A stretch of 64,000 bases of DNA from Eledone cirrhosa (taxonomy: Eukaryota). Positions 27,589-40,630 of this stretch are shown piece by piece. Within the stretch, counting starts at the first letter, position 1, and each line of letters opens with the position of its first letter. The notes under the pieces are model-generated. The model saw only the letters and a list, made by a program, of their open reading frames with translations, had not been told where the DNA came from and searched no databases. The stretch spans positions 304,978,001-305,042,000 of the forward strand of contig OZ024742.1 in NCBI GenBank assembly GCA_964016885.1. The letters run 5' to 3'. The position numbers were made by a program, and so were the translations under genes.

Positions 27589-28812
27589 AAAAGACATTAT
27601 TTATTGGGGAAAGAAAGATCTTTTCGCGTACTGATATTTTAGTATGATACCTGTGGATTTATGTATTAGCTCTTTCGTTTCCCGGTTCCCGGGAGAAAGA
27701 GAATTGGGAAAATATAAATATTGGGATTGTGAAAAAATATGAAAATATTTAGGGTGAGATAGAAAAGAATATTGCTAAGACGAAGGAAATATACACAGGA
27801 GGTAAGTAAATAAAGATACGGAAAGAGATGAATGAAGGGACTGAGAAGGAAGGTGAGAGATATATTAGAAGAATGAAGAGGAGAGGGGGGAGCAAATGCA
27901 TGAGTGTGAGTGTGTGTACGCGTATTGAAGAATGAGGAAACGTTATTTTATGAAGGCCGCATATTCACATAGATGATCATAATCGAACAATCAATACTGT
28001 GAAATTCCTTGTTGTACATCAGAATTGATTACGAGAAAGAGAAAGTGTTCGTTAATGTAGATAGCAATATCTCGTGTGCAATAATAGGTGGTGAAAGAAT
28101 TTCCCGGAAGAAAATATCCATTATATGTTAAGGTGGGTGAACACTAAAGAATAGTATAATAGAGTGATCTCCCAGTAATCCGAGTTCTCGACCCACATTC
28201 GATTATCTGTTGTACTCATTTTATTTTCCAAAACATTACCCTTAAGATAGGCATCTAAGTGATTTCGGTTTCTGTAAATATTAAGCTTCGTGAATATATA
28301 ACCAATTACATACCATGCACATAGATATGAGTGAGTAGGATTTTATATAAAGAGGAGCACTGAGAATAATTGTAAGGCTGTGATACTTTGAAATAACTTT
28401 TTTTTTTTTTGTTGCTAACTGGTAAGAACCTAACAACTGTTACATATAAGTGGATTATCTGAAACTCTTTTCCATTGCGCTGATGATTAAAATTATAAAT
28501 ATTACTTAGATTAAATGTGTCATTTACACCAAATATAAATATGTATATACGGATAAAATAGTTGGTTTTCTGTAATTTGTACAGGTTCCTTTCACGGATC
28601 TCCTTCAAAATTCTGCCCGACCTATGAAACATTTATAAATTTAGCAATTAACATATCATATATTTAAATATAAAATATCCAACATAGATTTAGAAAAGAT
28701 TGGTCTTTATAAAGCGCCTACAAAATTCATCAACAGCTCACTGGTTATGGAAAGAAAGTCAATTTAAACGTGTTTTGTTTTTCATTAACTAAGTACTGGC
28801 ATTTAGCACACA

Positions 28813-28894
<82 letters not shown>

Positions 28895-28969
28895 ATATAT
28901 ATATATGGCATATAATATAGTAAGAAGCTTAGCATACAACACAACCTTATTGTAAGAAACTGAATAAAT

Positions 28970-29020
<51 letters not shown>

Positions 29021-29035
29021 TTATATACATACATA

Positions 29036-29075
<40 letters not shown>

Positions 29076-29536
29076 ATGGGGTAGTCATGCCAACAAGTTC
29101 CTAGATTTGTGCCTCCCTCAATCTATTTGCTGAGAAATACACACCACACACGCAATCAGGTATGCATGGATATGTGAACAGAAAATGTGTGTTTCTGTGT
29201 GCTTGTATGTGCATGAGTGTATGTTTACCTGTGTTATCATCAAAGTTATGCGATTATAGCATATTGTAACAATGCATTTATGATTATATTAAAAACTACA
29301 GTAAAAGAAGTAGATATGATTCATAGTTTTATCGACTGGAAATTTACATTGAGTTGATATGCAGTCCCTATCATGAATTTCTGCCCCCCAGAGATAGATT
29401 CGTATGACACTGCTTTCCTTTGATCCATTTGTCAGTTCTTCTCATCATATTACTCATATTTTTCTTTATCGACCTCACTCTACGAAAGACTGAGTTGACC
29501 CTGACCCAACTCACATCAGGTAAGTTTTATCCCTAC

Positions 29537-29644
<108 letters not shown>

Positions 29645-30519
29645 ACACACATATACATATATATATATATATATATACATCTGTACACATTTATATATAC
29701 ATATATATATACACATAAATACACATTTATATATTCAAACGTACGCATATAAATATACGCATGCACATACAGTACATACTTCATCAACTCTCATGTATAG
29801 GAGAATAAATCTTCAAATGGTTTGAAACGTTTGTGAGATAATTGAAATCAGTTTGTGGTGGAGTTTGTTCTTTTCACATATGCTTATCTAAATCATGTGA
29901 TGGTAAATGATGTAAAAATAGGATTGAAAAGCTTTCTCGTGTTTGGTAGGCCAAGGATATGCCTTTTTGGGTTGGTGTTCGCCACGGTGTATGGGAACGT
30001 ACCAAAGAAAGCACTTCTAGCTTGTATGTTGAGTAAGCCTTCGTGTTATGAAGGAACGGACTAGTTAGATAATGTGGAATTGGGTTCCGTGTATTTAAGA
30101 TAGAATGGAATGAATAAGCACCAATAAGGTTTTGGTGATAGCGCGTGAGTGTTGTAATAATAGAACGTCAACTTACTGACTACCTTGAAGGAAATAAATC
30201 TGTAAATCATATGAAACCTGTTTATGAATATATGGTTATGAACATAGTTCGATGAAAATTTAAATTCAGACAAGTGAGATTATTCTTATAACACCATTTG
30301 ATCTTTGCTTAATGATGTTTTAGTAATATCATATTGAAGAAATGATATTAGATACCAAAACTGAAAATGGTAGTTATAAACATGGATATATTGTCTTTAT
30401 TACATATGTCAATGTTACCTCAATAACGAAGACACTAGATATTTTGTAAGTTGATGTTTCTAGAACAATCAGCAGCTGATTACGGTAGCGTTCGTGCCTG
30501 CATGCAAATATTAGTTGAC

Positions 30520-30664
30520 GCATAGAGTTACGGCCCTTGGCATTCTGGGTTCAAATCCCGCTGAGGTTAACTTTGCCTTTCATCCTTACGGGGTCGATAA
30601 AATAAAGTACCTGTAATGCACTGGGATAATTGCTGTCCTTGTGCCAAAAGTAGAAACAATTATT
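30520..30664 (+). mobile_element. 5'-truncated SINE
   Basis: B box GGGTTCAAATCCC, family core and tail. Confidence 0.85.
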
Positions 30665-31460
30665 TTCTATTCTAAACAACTTTATATGGTTGGATCCTAT
30701 TGAATATCATATGCGGACGTGCATATTATACATATTAGGTGGTCGCACTGGTACCACGATGAACAAGCACCCAGTCCACACTGTAAAATATTTGGCGTTA
30801 GAATGGGCATCTCTCAAACAAGAAAAAAACAAACCAAACAGATCCGTATGAATGAAGTAGTCACCTGACCGGACAGTCCATCTCACCCACGCAAGCGTAG
30901 GAAACGTTGCTATATATACATCACGATATTTTAATCATGAAAATGAAGTTGTGTTATCCTGTATCATAATATATTTCTGTAATTGTTTAGAATTTCGATT
31001 TGTAATCAATAGATCCCGCGTTCCATTCATCTGTGTGACCTCTTGAGTACATTTCAACTACCATAAACTCTGACTGACCCATGCAATGTGAGTGAAATCA
31101 CATAAACGGACACTGTATGGAAGCCCGTTTGAAGGATTGTACCAGTAATTCAAAGAGTCAGTCTTATATGCCATTGTCACGCTGAATCTCACTAAGAATT
31201 ACGCGTCTACATATCGGCGGAATGCTCGGCCACCAATCTTTTGAAGACAGTTCCGTTGATCGACAAACTGGAAAACACCTCATCGAAGCTGACGGACTTC
31301 AATTCTTTAATTTCTACGTATGTTTCTATACAAGTGATAATGCTGCATGCATACATAAACAATAAGTTACTCAGAAACAGTTAATTAGCATTTATTTACA
31401 TATGACATAATGTATATAACATATGCATATCATCAGGAATTATAAAAAGGGTTATAGCAA

Positions 31461-31501
<41 letters not shown>

Positions 31502-31512
31502 GTGTGTGTATA

Positions 31513-31789
31513 TAGGAAAAGTGTCAGGACCCCGACGGCTGAGCTCCGGCCGTTTCGACTGATAGATCCGAAACTAGTATTGAGTACTCTGGTGCGTTAT
31601 TGTCCAACTGGTATCTTACCACACCCTCTTTGTTCTTTGTTAAATATATATATAGGAAAAGGTATGACCCCGACGGCAGAACTCTGCCGTCGGGGTCATA
31701 CCTTTTCCTATTTCCCACTCTACTACCCTAAGTATTGAGTACTCTGGTGCGTTATGGTCCATCTGGTTCCTTACCACAATTCCTTCGTT
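31513..31789. mobile_element. Two adjacent copies of a short (TA)n-inserted family carrying the 3' half of an HHR
   Basis: GACCCCGACGGC(T/A)GA...GTATTGAGTACTCTGGTGCGTT...CTTACCACA at 31513-31640 and 31652-31789. The second copy contains a 60-bp palindrome (31652-31711). Confidence 0.8.
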
Positions 31790-32648
31790 ATATATATATA
31801 TATATAGTTCTAAATAATAGAAAACTAAAAACAGATAAACGCAGGAATATATGTTACATGCTAGTATTAGTTTCACGCTTGGTGAGAGTGGGAGGGTGTG
31901 TGTGGGGGGTGGGGGTGATTACCATAGATATCTATAAGTGTCTCTGGCAAAGGTCGTACATGTGTGTGTGTTCTTATACATTTGTACGTATGTATGTATG
32001 TCTGTGATTACATATCTACCTTTAAGTGTTTTCGTGTGACTATTTGTAGGACAACTACAGTACGAATGTATTAGTTTCCATATTAAAATTTCATACTCTG
32101 TTCAAAGAATTTCAAAACGTTAAATATTCTGTGTATAACTTCCACACGATTTCCTCAAATAGTTTATTTTTAAAAACTTTCTTTGACCTCTTTTATTTAT
32201 ATGTTTATGACTAAATGTGTTCTTAATATTTAAGTCTCTGTAAATGTTATGATTTTCTTCTTACGATATTTACGGCCTTATTAATGTATGAATGAGCTAA
32301 AAATCTTCAAATAGTATGTATATACAATAAATATGAGTTCAGCGTGAATATTAACGGTAGCTAGCGCTTAGTGGGAAACGAACTCAAGTATCCCTTGTTA
32401 ATGCCCGGGTAGAATCTTGTTTATCATAGTGCTCTGTGTACGTGTGTGTGTACATTATTGAGGATGGTAACACATGGACTATTTTGCTATTACAATTTGT
32501 CTCTATCATGTTTAATTTTATCTCCATTTTTCTATCTGCAGTTGTGTGTTGCAGCTGCTTTTGGTGTTTGAAAAGTTAAAAACTCCCATCTTCTAAATAT
32601 TTTCTTAAATGATATTATACGCATTTAATAACATTATTATTATAATCA

Positions 32649-33077
32649 GGGCGGTGGATTGGCAGTATCGGTAGAGGGTCGGATGCCATGCTTTGTAGCA
32701 GAGTTACGTCCCTTTACGGACTGAGTTCAAATCCCGCCGAGGTTAACTTTGCCTTTCATCCTTACGGGGTCGATAAAATAAAGCACCAGTAATGCACTGG
32801 GGTCGATTTATTCGACTTTTCCTTCCCCTTAAAAAAATTGCTGGCCTTGTGCCTAAATTAGAAACAATTATTATTATAATCAGGGCGGTAGATTGGCAGT
32901 ATCGGTGGAGGGTCGGACGCCATGCTTTCCAGCATAGTTACGTCCCTTTACGATCTGAGTTCAAATCCCGCCGAGGTTGACTTTGCCTTTCATCCTTGCG
33001 GGGTCGATAAAATAAAGTACCAGTAATGCACTGGGTAATTGCTGGCCTTGTGCCTAAAGTAGAAACAATTATTATTA
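32649..33077 (+). mobile_element. Head-to-tail SINE dimer (32649-32875, 32883-33077)
   Basis: Two full family copies, each preceded by ATTATTATTATAATCAGGGCGG (TSD-like). Confidence 0.9.
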
Positions 33078-33701
33078 CAATAATTAATTTTGCCCTGTCA
33101 TGTTTCATATCGATACACGATATCTTAGAAAACCTCTTATGTAATTATTTTCTTTAATATAACTATTTGTTAATTGACCTTTCTTTTACTGAGTAGTCGG
33201 GGTTCAAAATAACATACCCATGCACCTTTTCTTGTGTGAAAGTATCGTTAATTGGCAGACCTTCTCCGATTACTTGCAACAAAATAGTTTCCGTGAAATA
33301 ACTCCTAGAGTCGGCTGGATGTGTTAAAAAAGGCAACTGTTTATATCTGTCTAAAGGAGGTCAAATTGCAATTTGAATCAGAAAGCAAAGAGCAAGAACA
33401 AATAAGGTAAATAATTTCTTCCTACGTTCTTACGACTCTGCCATTTCATCCTGCGAATACTCGGCCAATCTAATGATACTTCATTTGATCGATACCGAAA
33501 GGATGAAAAATAGCATTGACCCATATATATATTTCAACGCTATATACTAAACCCTACTACTAATTACATCGGAAGGAAGAAATGGGCCACCATCATTTTT
33601 TATGACGAGTTAGTTCAATCAGGAATATACTGATCGTGAAGTTAATATGAGAAGTAGAGCACTGAAACAGGCACATGTACTCTTAAGGTAATTCTCTAGA
33701 A

Positions 33702-33868
33702 CTGGGTTGCTCAAAATTTTTCAAACGCGGGACTCTTTTTAGTTCAGAAACCTTTGAGGGAACCCCAAAGTCTAATACTGTTATATAGTTGTAATATAAA
33801 TATACTCCTCTACCTTTTTTCATGGAACCCCAAACACTCATTTTCGGAACCCACTTTGGGAACCGCTG
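33702..33868. mobile_element. hAT-Charlie-type MITE
   Basis: Termini CTGGGTTGCTCAAA / TTTGGGAACCGCTG (CAGNGGTTCCCAAA-like). Imperfect 8-bp TSD CTCTAGAA/CGATAGAA matches the NTCTAGAN target preference. Confidence 0.65.
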
Positions 33869-34147
33869 CGATAGAAGATTTAGCATGAGACTGTGTGTAA
33901 TAAGGCTAGTTATTTGAATTGCAGGTACTGTTCATCTGATAGACTTCCAAATAGTGATCATTTATCCAACTTCACCCACAAACCATGAATCGACCAGAGA
34001 TAATTGTAAATGGCATTTACTCATGATACCACGCAATGGAACTGTACCCGAGATGTAATGATTGCAAAACGAACGCAACCGCGTTTCTAATTATTTCCTC
34101 TATTCACTTTTTTTCCCTTTCTTCTCCCTCTCTTGAATACACACACA

Positions 34148-34334
<187 letters not shown>

Positions 34335-34434
34335 GTAGTGTGTAAAGGGTGTTAGCAAGACTTTAGAAAATTCAACGTTATAAACAGAATTTTAAATTTC
34401 TAAGCTAACGACTCATACATATATGTATGTGTAG

Positions 34435-34478
<44 letters not shown>

Positions 34479-35031
34479 AAGTGTGTCCTTCATCAGTGGC
34501 CTTCCAACCGTCGTAGGCATTTCATCGCTTTAAAGGCCATATACCTCGGGTTGGTGCGAGCAACGGCTAAAAAAAGTCGCTGGGACACATAAATAAAGGG
34601 GACGCTAGGGTAAACAAACATAAATGGTTTAAGCAACAGAAAGTGATGAAGAAGGAAACAAGTCCCAGATTTCTATGAATATAAATTCGGTGAAATCGTG
34701 AACGAGAGAATAAAGACCATATATATATATTTATATATATAAATATTTACATATATACATATATTATTTATATGTGTGTGTTGGTGTGTGAGTGTGTGTT
34801 TGTGTGCGTGCGTGTGAGCGTGTGTGTATTTAGATGTATTAAAATTAATATTCTGTATAAACATACGCATAAAATATGACCAGGTTACACGTACTTTTGT
34901 ATGTATGCAGATTTTGTTGCAATTTCAAACAAACACCTTTGCACTGACATATCTCGCATTAACAGAACGGGCTGCACAAATCAAAGTACACAGCGTCATG
35001 TGTGTGTGAATATAATTCGTATATGTATATT

Positions 35032-35100
<69 letters not shown>

Positions 35101-35409
35101 GTACGTCAATACTCATCTTTTTCCATTTCTCCGAGGGTTCTTAACCCCACTATCAGGCTAAATAATTTCTTTAATTTCTTTAGTCAAAATACGGCGATAT
35201 CTTACATTTCTAGTAATTTCAAACCCACTCGCTGTTTCGAAAATATTCTTACATATATATATATATATATATATACATATATATATGTGTATATATATAT
35301 GTGTATATATATGTGTATATATATATATACATATATATACATATATATATATATATGCATATATGTATATATATATATGCATATATAAATATATATATGT
35401 GTATATATA

Positions 35410-35535
<126 letters not shown>

Positions 35536-35550
35536 GTGTGTGTGTGTGTG

Positions 35551-35845
35551 TCGACAATGCTAAGGTTGTAACCACATCTTGTAACGGATAAAAAATTTGT
35601 CCGGGAAAGACTGCCCTAACACCGACCAGTGTTACCTCCCTTGACCTACTGCAAAATCAAAACACGGTTTTTTTACGAAGAATGAATTATGACGTGACTT
35701 AACCCCCAAAACACATTCCGAGCAATGTAAGGAACACTTTTGGTTATTTATGCCCTTGACAAGCCCAACTGAGCGAAACGTACGTAGGTGCTGTTTTAAA
35801 TAAACATGTATTAACGGTCTGTTCTCTGATTTCTTACTTTTCCAC

Positions 35846-35847
<2 letters not shown>
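35551..35847 (+). mobile_element. PLE 3'-end remnant between (TG)n and (TA)n
   Basis: Begins with a GIY-YIG C-terminus-like peptide (DNAKVV...NTDQCYLP, frameshifted), followed by an HHR and AATAAA (35799-35804). Confidence 0.6.
35752..35791 (+). ncRNA. Type I HHR with U3-A8 core variant
   Basis: GCCC-TTGACAA-GC-CCAACTGA-GC-GAA-ACGTACGT-A-GGTGC: palindromic stem III, GUA site, 4-bp stem I with a bulge. Confidence 0.68.
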
Positions 35848-35881
<34 letters not shown>

Positions 35882-36193
35882 GAAAGGTATAGAAAACATT
35901 GTAGCAAAAAGCCAACAGTATTCCATAATATTCCATACTTATTCCATAAGTATACATACTTATATATATATATATATATATAAATATATAAGTATGTATA
36001 CGTACATACATATATGTATACAGACGTACAGTAGTATGTATATATATACATACATGCACACAAATATATATGTACGTATGGATTTACCGAACATTTATTA
36101 TAATGCTCGGTTTGTTTGTAAACAAACATCCCGAATTAAGCCGTACAGTGTTTAGCAACCATCGTTGCTCTTTTGTTCAACACTGACAAAGGA

Positions 36194-36236
36194 ACGATGT
36201 ACTAGCTTCAAGCTTATTAGCTATCGTCAGCACTGT
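36194..36236 (-). ncRNA. Type I HHR (U.U-closed stem II, A15.1->G change)
   Basis: Minus strand: ACAGTG-CTGACGA-T-AGCT-AATA-AGCT-T-GAAG-CTAG-TA-CATCGT. Confidence 0.65.
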
Positions 36237-36476
36237 ATACCTTCCTGCAGATGATTGAACGTCTGAAAGTATATATATACATACATACATATACATTCAC
36301 ATATATATATATATATATATACATCTACGAAATATATTCACACACACATGAGGCTGTGTACTTTGATTTGCTGCAGCCGTTCTGTTATTGCGAGAGTGTT
36401 CTGTTAGAGCGTTCTTTTAGTGCAAAGGTGTTTGTTTGAAATTGCAACAAAATCTGCATACATACAAAAGTACGGG

Positions 36477-36525
<49 letters not shown>

Positions 36526-37765
36526 TTTATAAGCTAACACACTTTCGTTGTCTCTCTATCTCTCTCTCTCTAACATACACATAATATATCGAATGTGATG
36601 GGAAACACACTATAGACTTCTGCATAACATCAAATGTATCGCCATCACATGATATCAGTAAAAGCAATGTGAACCCATAATAAAATTAGTTGTGAAAAAC
36701 ACGCATTAATACCCAAATATCTACCCCAAGTAGAGTGAGTCTCATTACTTTTCGTTCTTGCAGAAACCCTTTCATTCATATAATATTCAGTCGTCATATA
36801 TACCAAATTGATCGATATTTCCTATGTTACCTCTTGAAAGAAGCCATAGATTTTGTGGGTGTATGTATGTTTGAATATATCAATGTATATGTATGTATGT
36901 TGAGTGTCTATGTGTGTGTGTCTGTGTGTTCGTTTTCTCGTTCTAAACATTGATACTTATAGTGGTTGATTTCAGCAGTGCTGCATCTAAATATACCTAT
37001 TCCTCTATGTATTTTATAGGTATCCCCCACTTTATAGCTATTTTATAGTCATCTATCCACATAGAAAAAAATCACACACACATCCATACACACACAAATA
37101 CACACCCACATATATATATATTGTATACATCCAGCGCGTGTTTAACTGAGATGGTGTATACATACATGGAAATGCTTAGTGCATTTTTTAAAACTGTAAC
37201 TATCAAAGGTGAACCCGACATCAAACCGTTTATTCTTGCATGTAAGTACTGTCAGGTGAATCTATATGAGATATATAGAGGGCAACGAAACCATCCTGCA
37301 CCTCACTCATCCAGTGTCAGTGCATTGCAGTCTTTAGGTGTTTTGTGGAACACCTATTGTCACTTGAAAGAACGGTCCGGCTTTTAGCCGAGCCCATGGT
37401 AAAGATATCACCGTCGCCGTCTTTTGGATAAGAAAGGCAATCAGCTCTCCTCTGTCTGATAGCAATGACGAAAGTGTTTTGTGGTGGACGAGCCTGAAAG
37501 ATAGATGCATTCCTTATGGAATTTTTCAAGTTCCATTAAGAAATAAATGTGAGGAGAGATTATATTTGTTAAAAGATGAATGAATGCAGCGTGGATGACT
37601 CGGGTGAATGGGCTTACTTTTAGGTTGTAGAGTTCAGTGAAGGGACGGCAACTTTCCTATGATACTCTTAGTGATTGCGAGGAATTTTGATCTATAGCCA
37701 TCATAATTTAAACCTGAATGACGCAACCGCTGATGGGGAATTCTGTTGTTTTCAATGTTTTAACC

Positions 37766-37841
<76 letters not shown>

Positions 37842-37889
37842 ATATGTATATATATATATATATCTATATATCTATATATATATATATAT

Positions 37890-38057
37890 AGGAACAAGTA
37901 TGACCCCGACGGCAGAGCTCAAGCCGTTTCGACGACTAATTCTGGACTGAGTCCAGAATTAGCCGTCGAAACTCTAGCCGTCGAAACTCTACTACCCTAA
38001 ATATTGAGTACTTTGGTGTGTTATGGTCCATATGGTTCCTTACCACATTTCCTTCGT

Positions 38058-38059
<2 letters not shown>
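37890..38059. mobile_element. Copy of the half-HHR snap-back family in (TA)n
   Basis: GACCCCGACGGCAGAGCTCAAGCCGTTTC, palindrome 37926-37972, shared tail ATTGAGTACT..GGTG.GTTATGGTCCAT. Confidence 0.8.
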
Positions 38060-38092
<33 letters not shown>

Positions 38093-38446
38093 ATGTGTGT
38101 GTGTGTATGTGTGTGTGTGTGTGTGTATGTGTGTGTGTGTAAATCCACACTATTATTGTCCTTTGTCTTTTCTTGAATGTTTTTAGCCCTAGCCAACGAT
38201 AATAATAACAGTTGTCATATTTATTATCGTTCTTGTATACATAAGTACATATACACATATGAATGAAAGAAATTTGTATTAATTGTAAGTAATGACCCTT
38301 TACTTCCAGGTTTCGCCAATATTCCTCTCTCAAAACATTGTTTACTGCAATATTGTGGCTCTACAATCAGTAATTACTCAGTTTTTCAGAGACTTTTTGG
38401 TTCATCTAAGTACATAAACATGTAGATGTGTGTGTATGTGTGTGTA

Positions 38447-38502
<56 letters not shown>

Positions 38503-38590
38503 TCTCTCTCTCTCTCTCTCTCTCGCTCGCTCTTTCTCTCTCTCTCTCTTTATATATATATATATATATATGCATATACATATACATATA

Positions 38591-38632
<42 letters not shown>

Positions 38633-38648
38633 TATACATATACATATA

Positions 38649-38699
<51 letters not shown>

Positions 38700-39810
38700 T
38701 TATGTGTATCTTAGATAGGAGAATTCCTTAATAAGTATATTTGTGTGTGAAATAATAGATTATTGAATTCCAGAAAACTATGCACCATTATAAACACGTA
38801 TTTTATCACACTTTCTTATTAATCACTTAATTACGCAGTATTATTTTATTATTATTCACACTGACGTTATATCGTAATCTCTCACTCTTTCCCTTCGCTC
38901 TACCTTACTTTCACACCGTATATTTACTTGTCCCCCTACCTCTCTCTCTGTACATGAGCATACGTTCTGTCAATCTTTTTTTCGTATATTCTCACTAATT
39001 CAATATTTTCCTGTACACTTTAAAACTTTCTCTTATTACATTGTTTTTTAAAAATTGTATCACGTATTCGTATCTATATTTGATTTATTTATTGTTGTTT
39101 TAAAGGTTTTTTGTCCTATAGGATATTGACACTCTGTGACATTTCACATTTATTCCTAGCCGATCTTGCGTTAGACACAAGGAAACATACCCATAGCAGA
39201 TGTCTTTACCCAGCATTACACGTCGTATTTGTGTTCAGTTTCACCTTATTCTTAATGTTGTAAACACTGTATCAAGAACATTTCCCATTCTTTTAAAAAG
39301 AATCTTATACATTTCATGATAGGATTTAAAGTACACCGTATATATTAGACAGCTTTTTATGCTTTGGTATACAGGTTATATATTTTCTGTAGTATGATTC
39401 CTTTAAGAATGACACCATTCTGTTACAATCGTTCCCTTCTGTTTGACAATGTAAGCTTACCGAATGGAATATTCGAGATGAAATTTTTTTCTAATGTACT
39501 ATATAGCCATACTTTCAGATTTGCATGAATGTTTTCCTCAACTCTCTCTTTCTGATATGTGTGTATGTATGCATGTATGAAAGCATGCATCCAAAATGTA
39601 GGCTGGTAGGTATGTATGAATGTTTTTCTTTTTGTTAGTTAAAGACTATATTTTGAGCTGCCACCTCGGTAGTAAGGTTATAAAGAAAACATTTTAGCCG
39701 TCCTCCCTTACACGGATTTTATATTTCCAGATATCATGAATCATGAACATCTGTAGGTGATTAATTACCCAATCTAATTACTGGTCCAGTCATGCTGGCA
39801 TATAATATAT

Positions 39811-39982
39811 ATATGAAAAGATTAAGGACCCAAACGACTGAGCTCCTGCCGTTTCGACAGCTACATCCGAACGTTCGTATCTAGTTGTCGAAACGGCCGA
39901 AGCTCAGCCGTCAGGGTCCTGAATCTTTTCATATTACCCACTCTACTTCCCCAAGTATCGAGTACTCTGGTGCGTTTTGGTC

Positions 39983-39988
<6 letters not shown>
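39811..39988. mobile_element. Copy of the half-HHR snap-back family
   Basis: Imperfect 124-bp palindrome 39811-39934 centred on GAACGTTC, followed by the shared tail. Confidence 0.82.
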
Positions 39989-40013
<25 letters not shown>

Positions 40014-40567
40014 CTTCCTATTCGATTCGCAACTTATTCAACATTGGTATAGAGATAACCTCCTTTTATATCTGTTACCACACTGAACTCAAAATATCGC
40101 ATGCATGTACGTATGTAGCTGTGCATGTATATAATATTTGTACACAAGTATTTTATTTCGTTATTCTCTCAGTCTGTTTGTATAGTTATGATTGTTATTG
40201 TCAAAACAAAATTGCAATCAGGTCTTTTAACACCCAGTAACTGATTCACGTGCAGTTAGTAGCAGATTATGCTTTAGGTAGATAACAATGAAAAAAAACC
40301 CTCCAGAAAGCATTACTTAATATGGCCGCAGTCGGATTGGAGAAACCTGTATCTAAGGAATACTGTAAGAATGTGAAAATAAAAACAAAATAAAAAAAAT
40401 GGTATCAATACGATTATTTTTTGTTTAGAAATATATATTCAATGCATGCAAACGCCAACAAACAAACACACACACACACACACTCACGCACACACACACG
40501 CCCACATAGACACACACATATATATATGAATTGAGATGTCCCCAAAATATATCATATTCATATGAAT

Positions 40568-40630
<63 letters not shown>

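Noticed and set aside
31555-31584. TCGA-CTGATAGA-TCC-GAAACTAGTA-TTGA resembling a plus-strand HHR
   Set aside because: Core out of register and no stem II; explained as a deletion junction in the half-HHR family.
34475-34500. Minus-strand CTGATGAAGGAC next to (TA)n
   Set aside because: Truncated before any GAAA or stem III; cannot be called.
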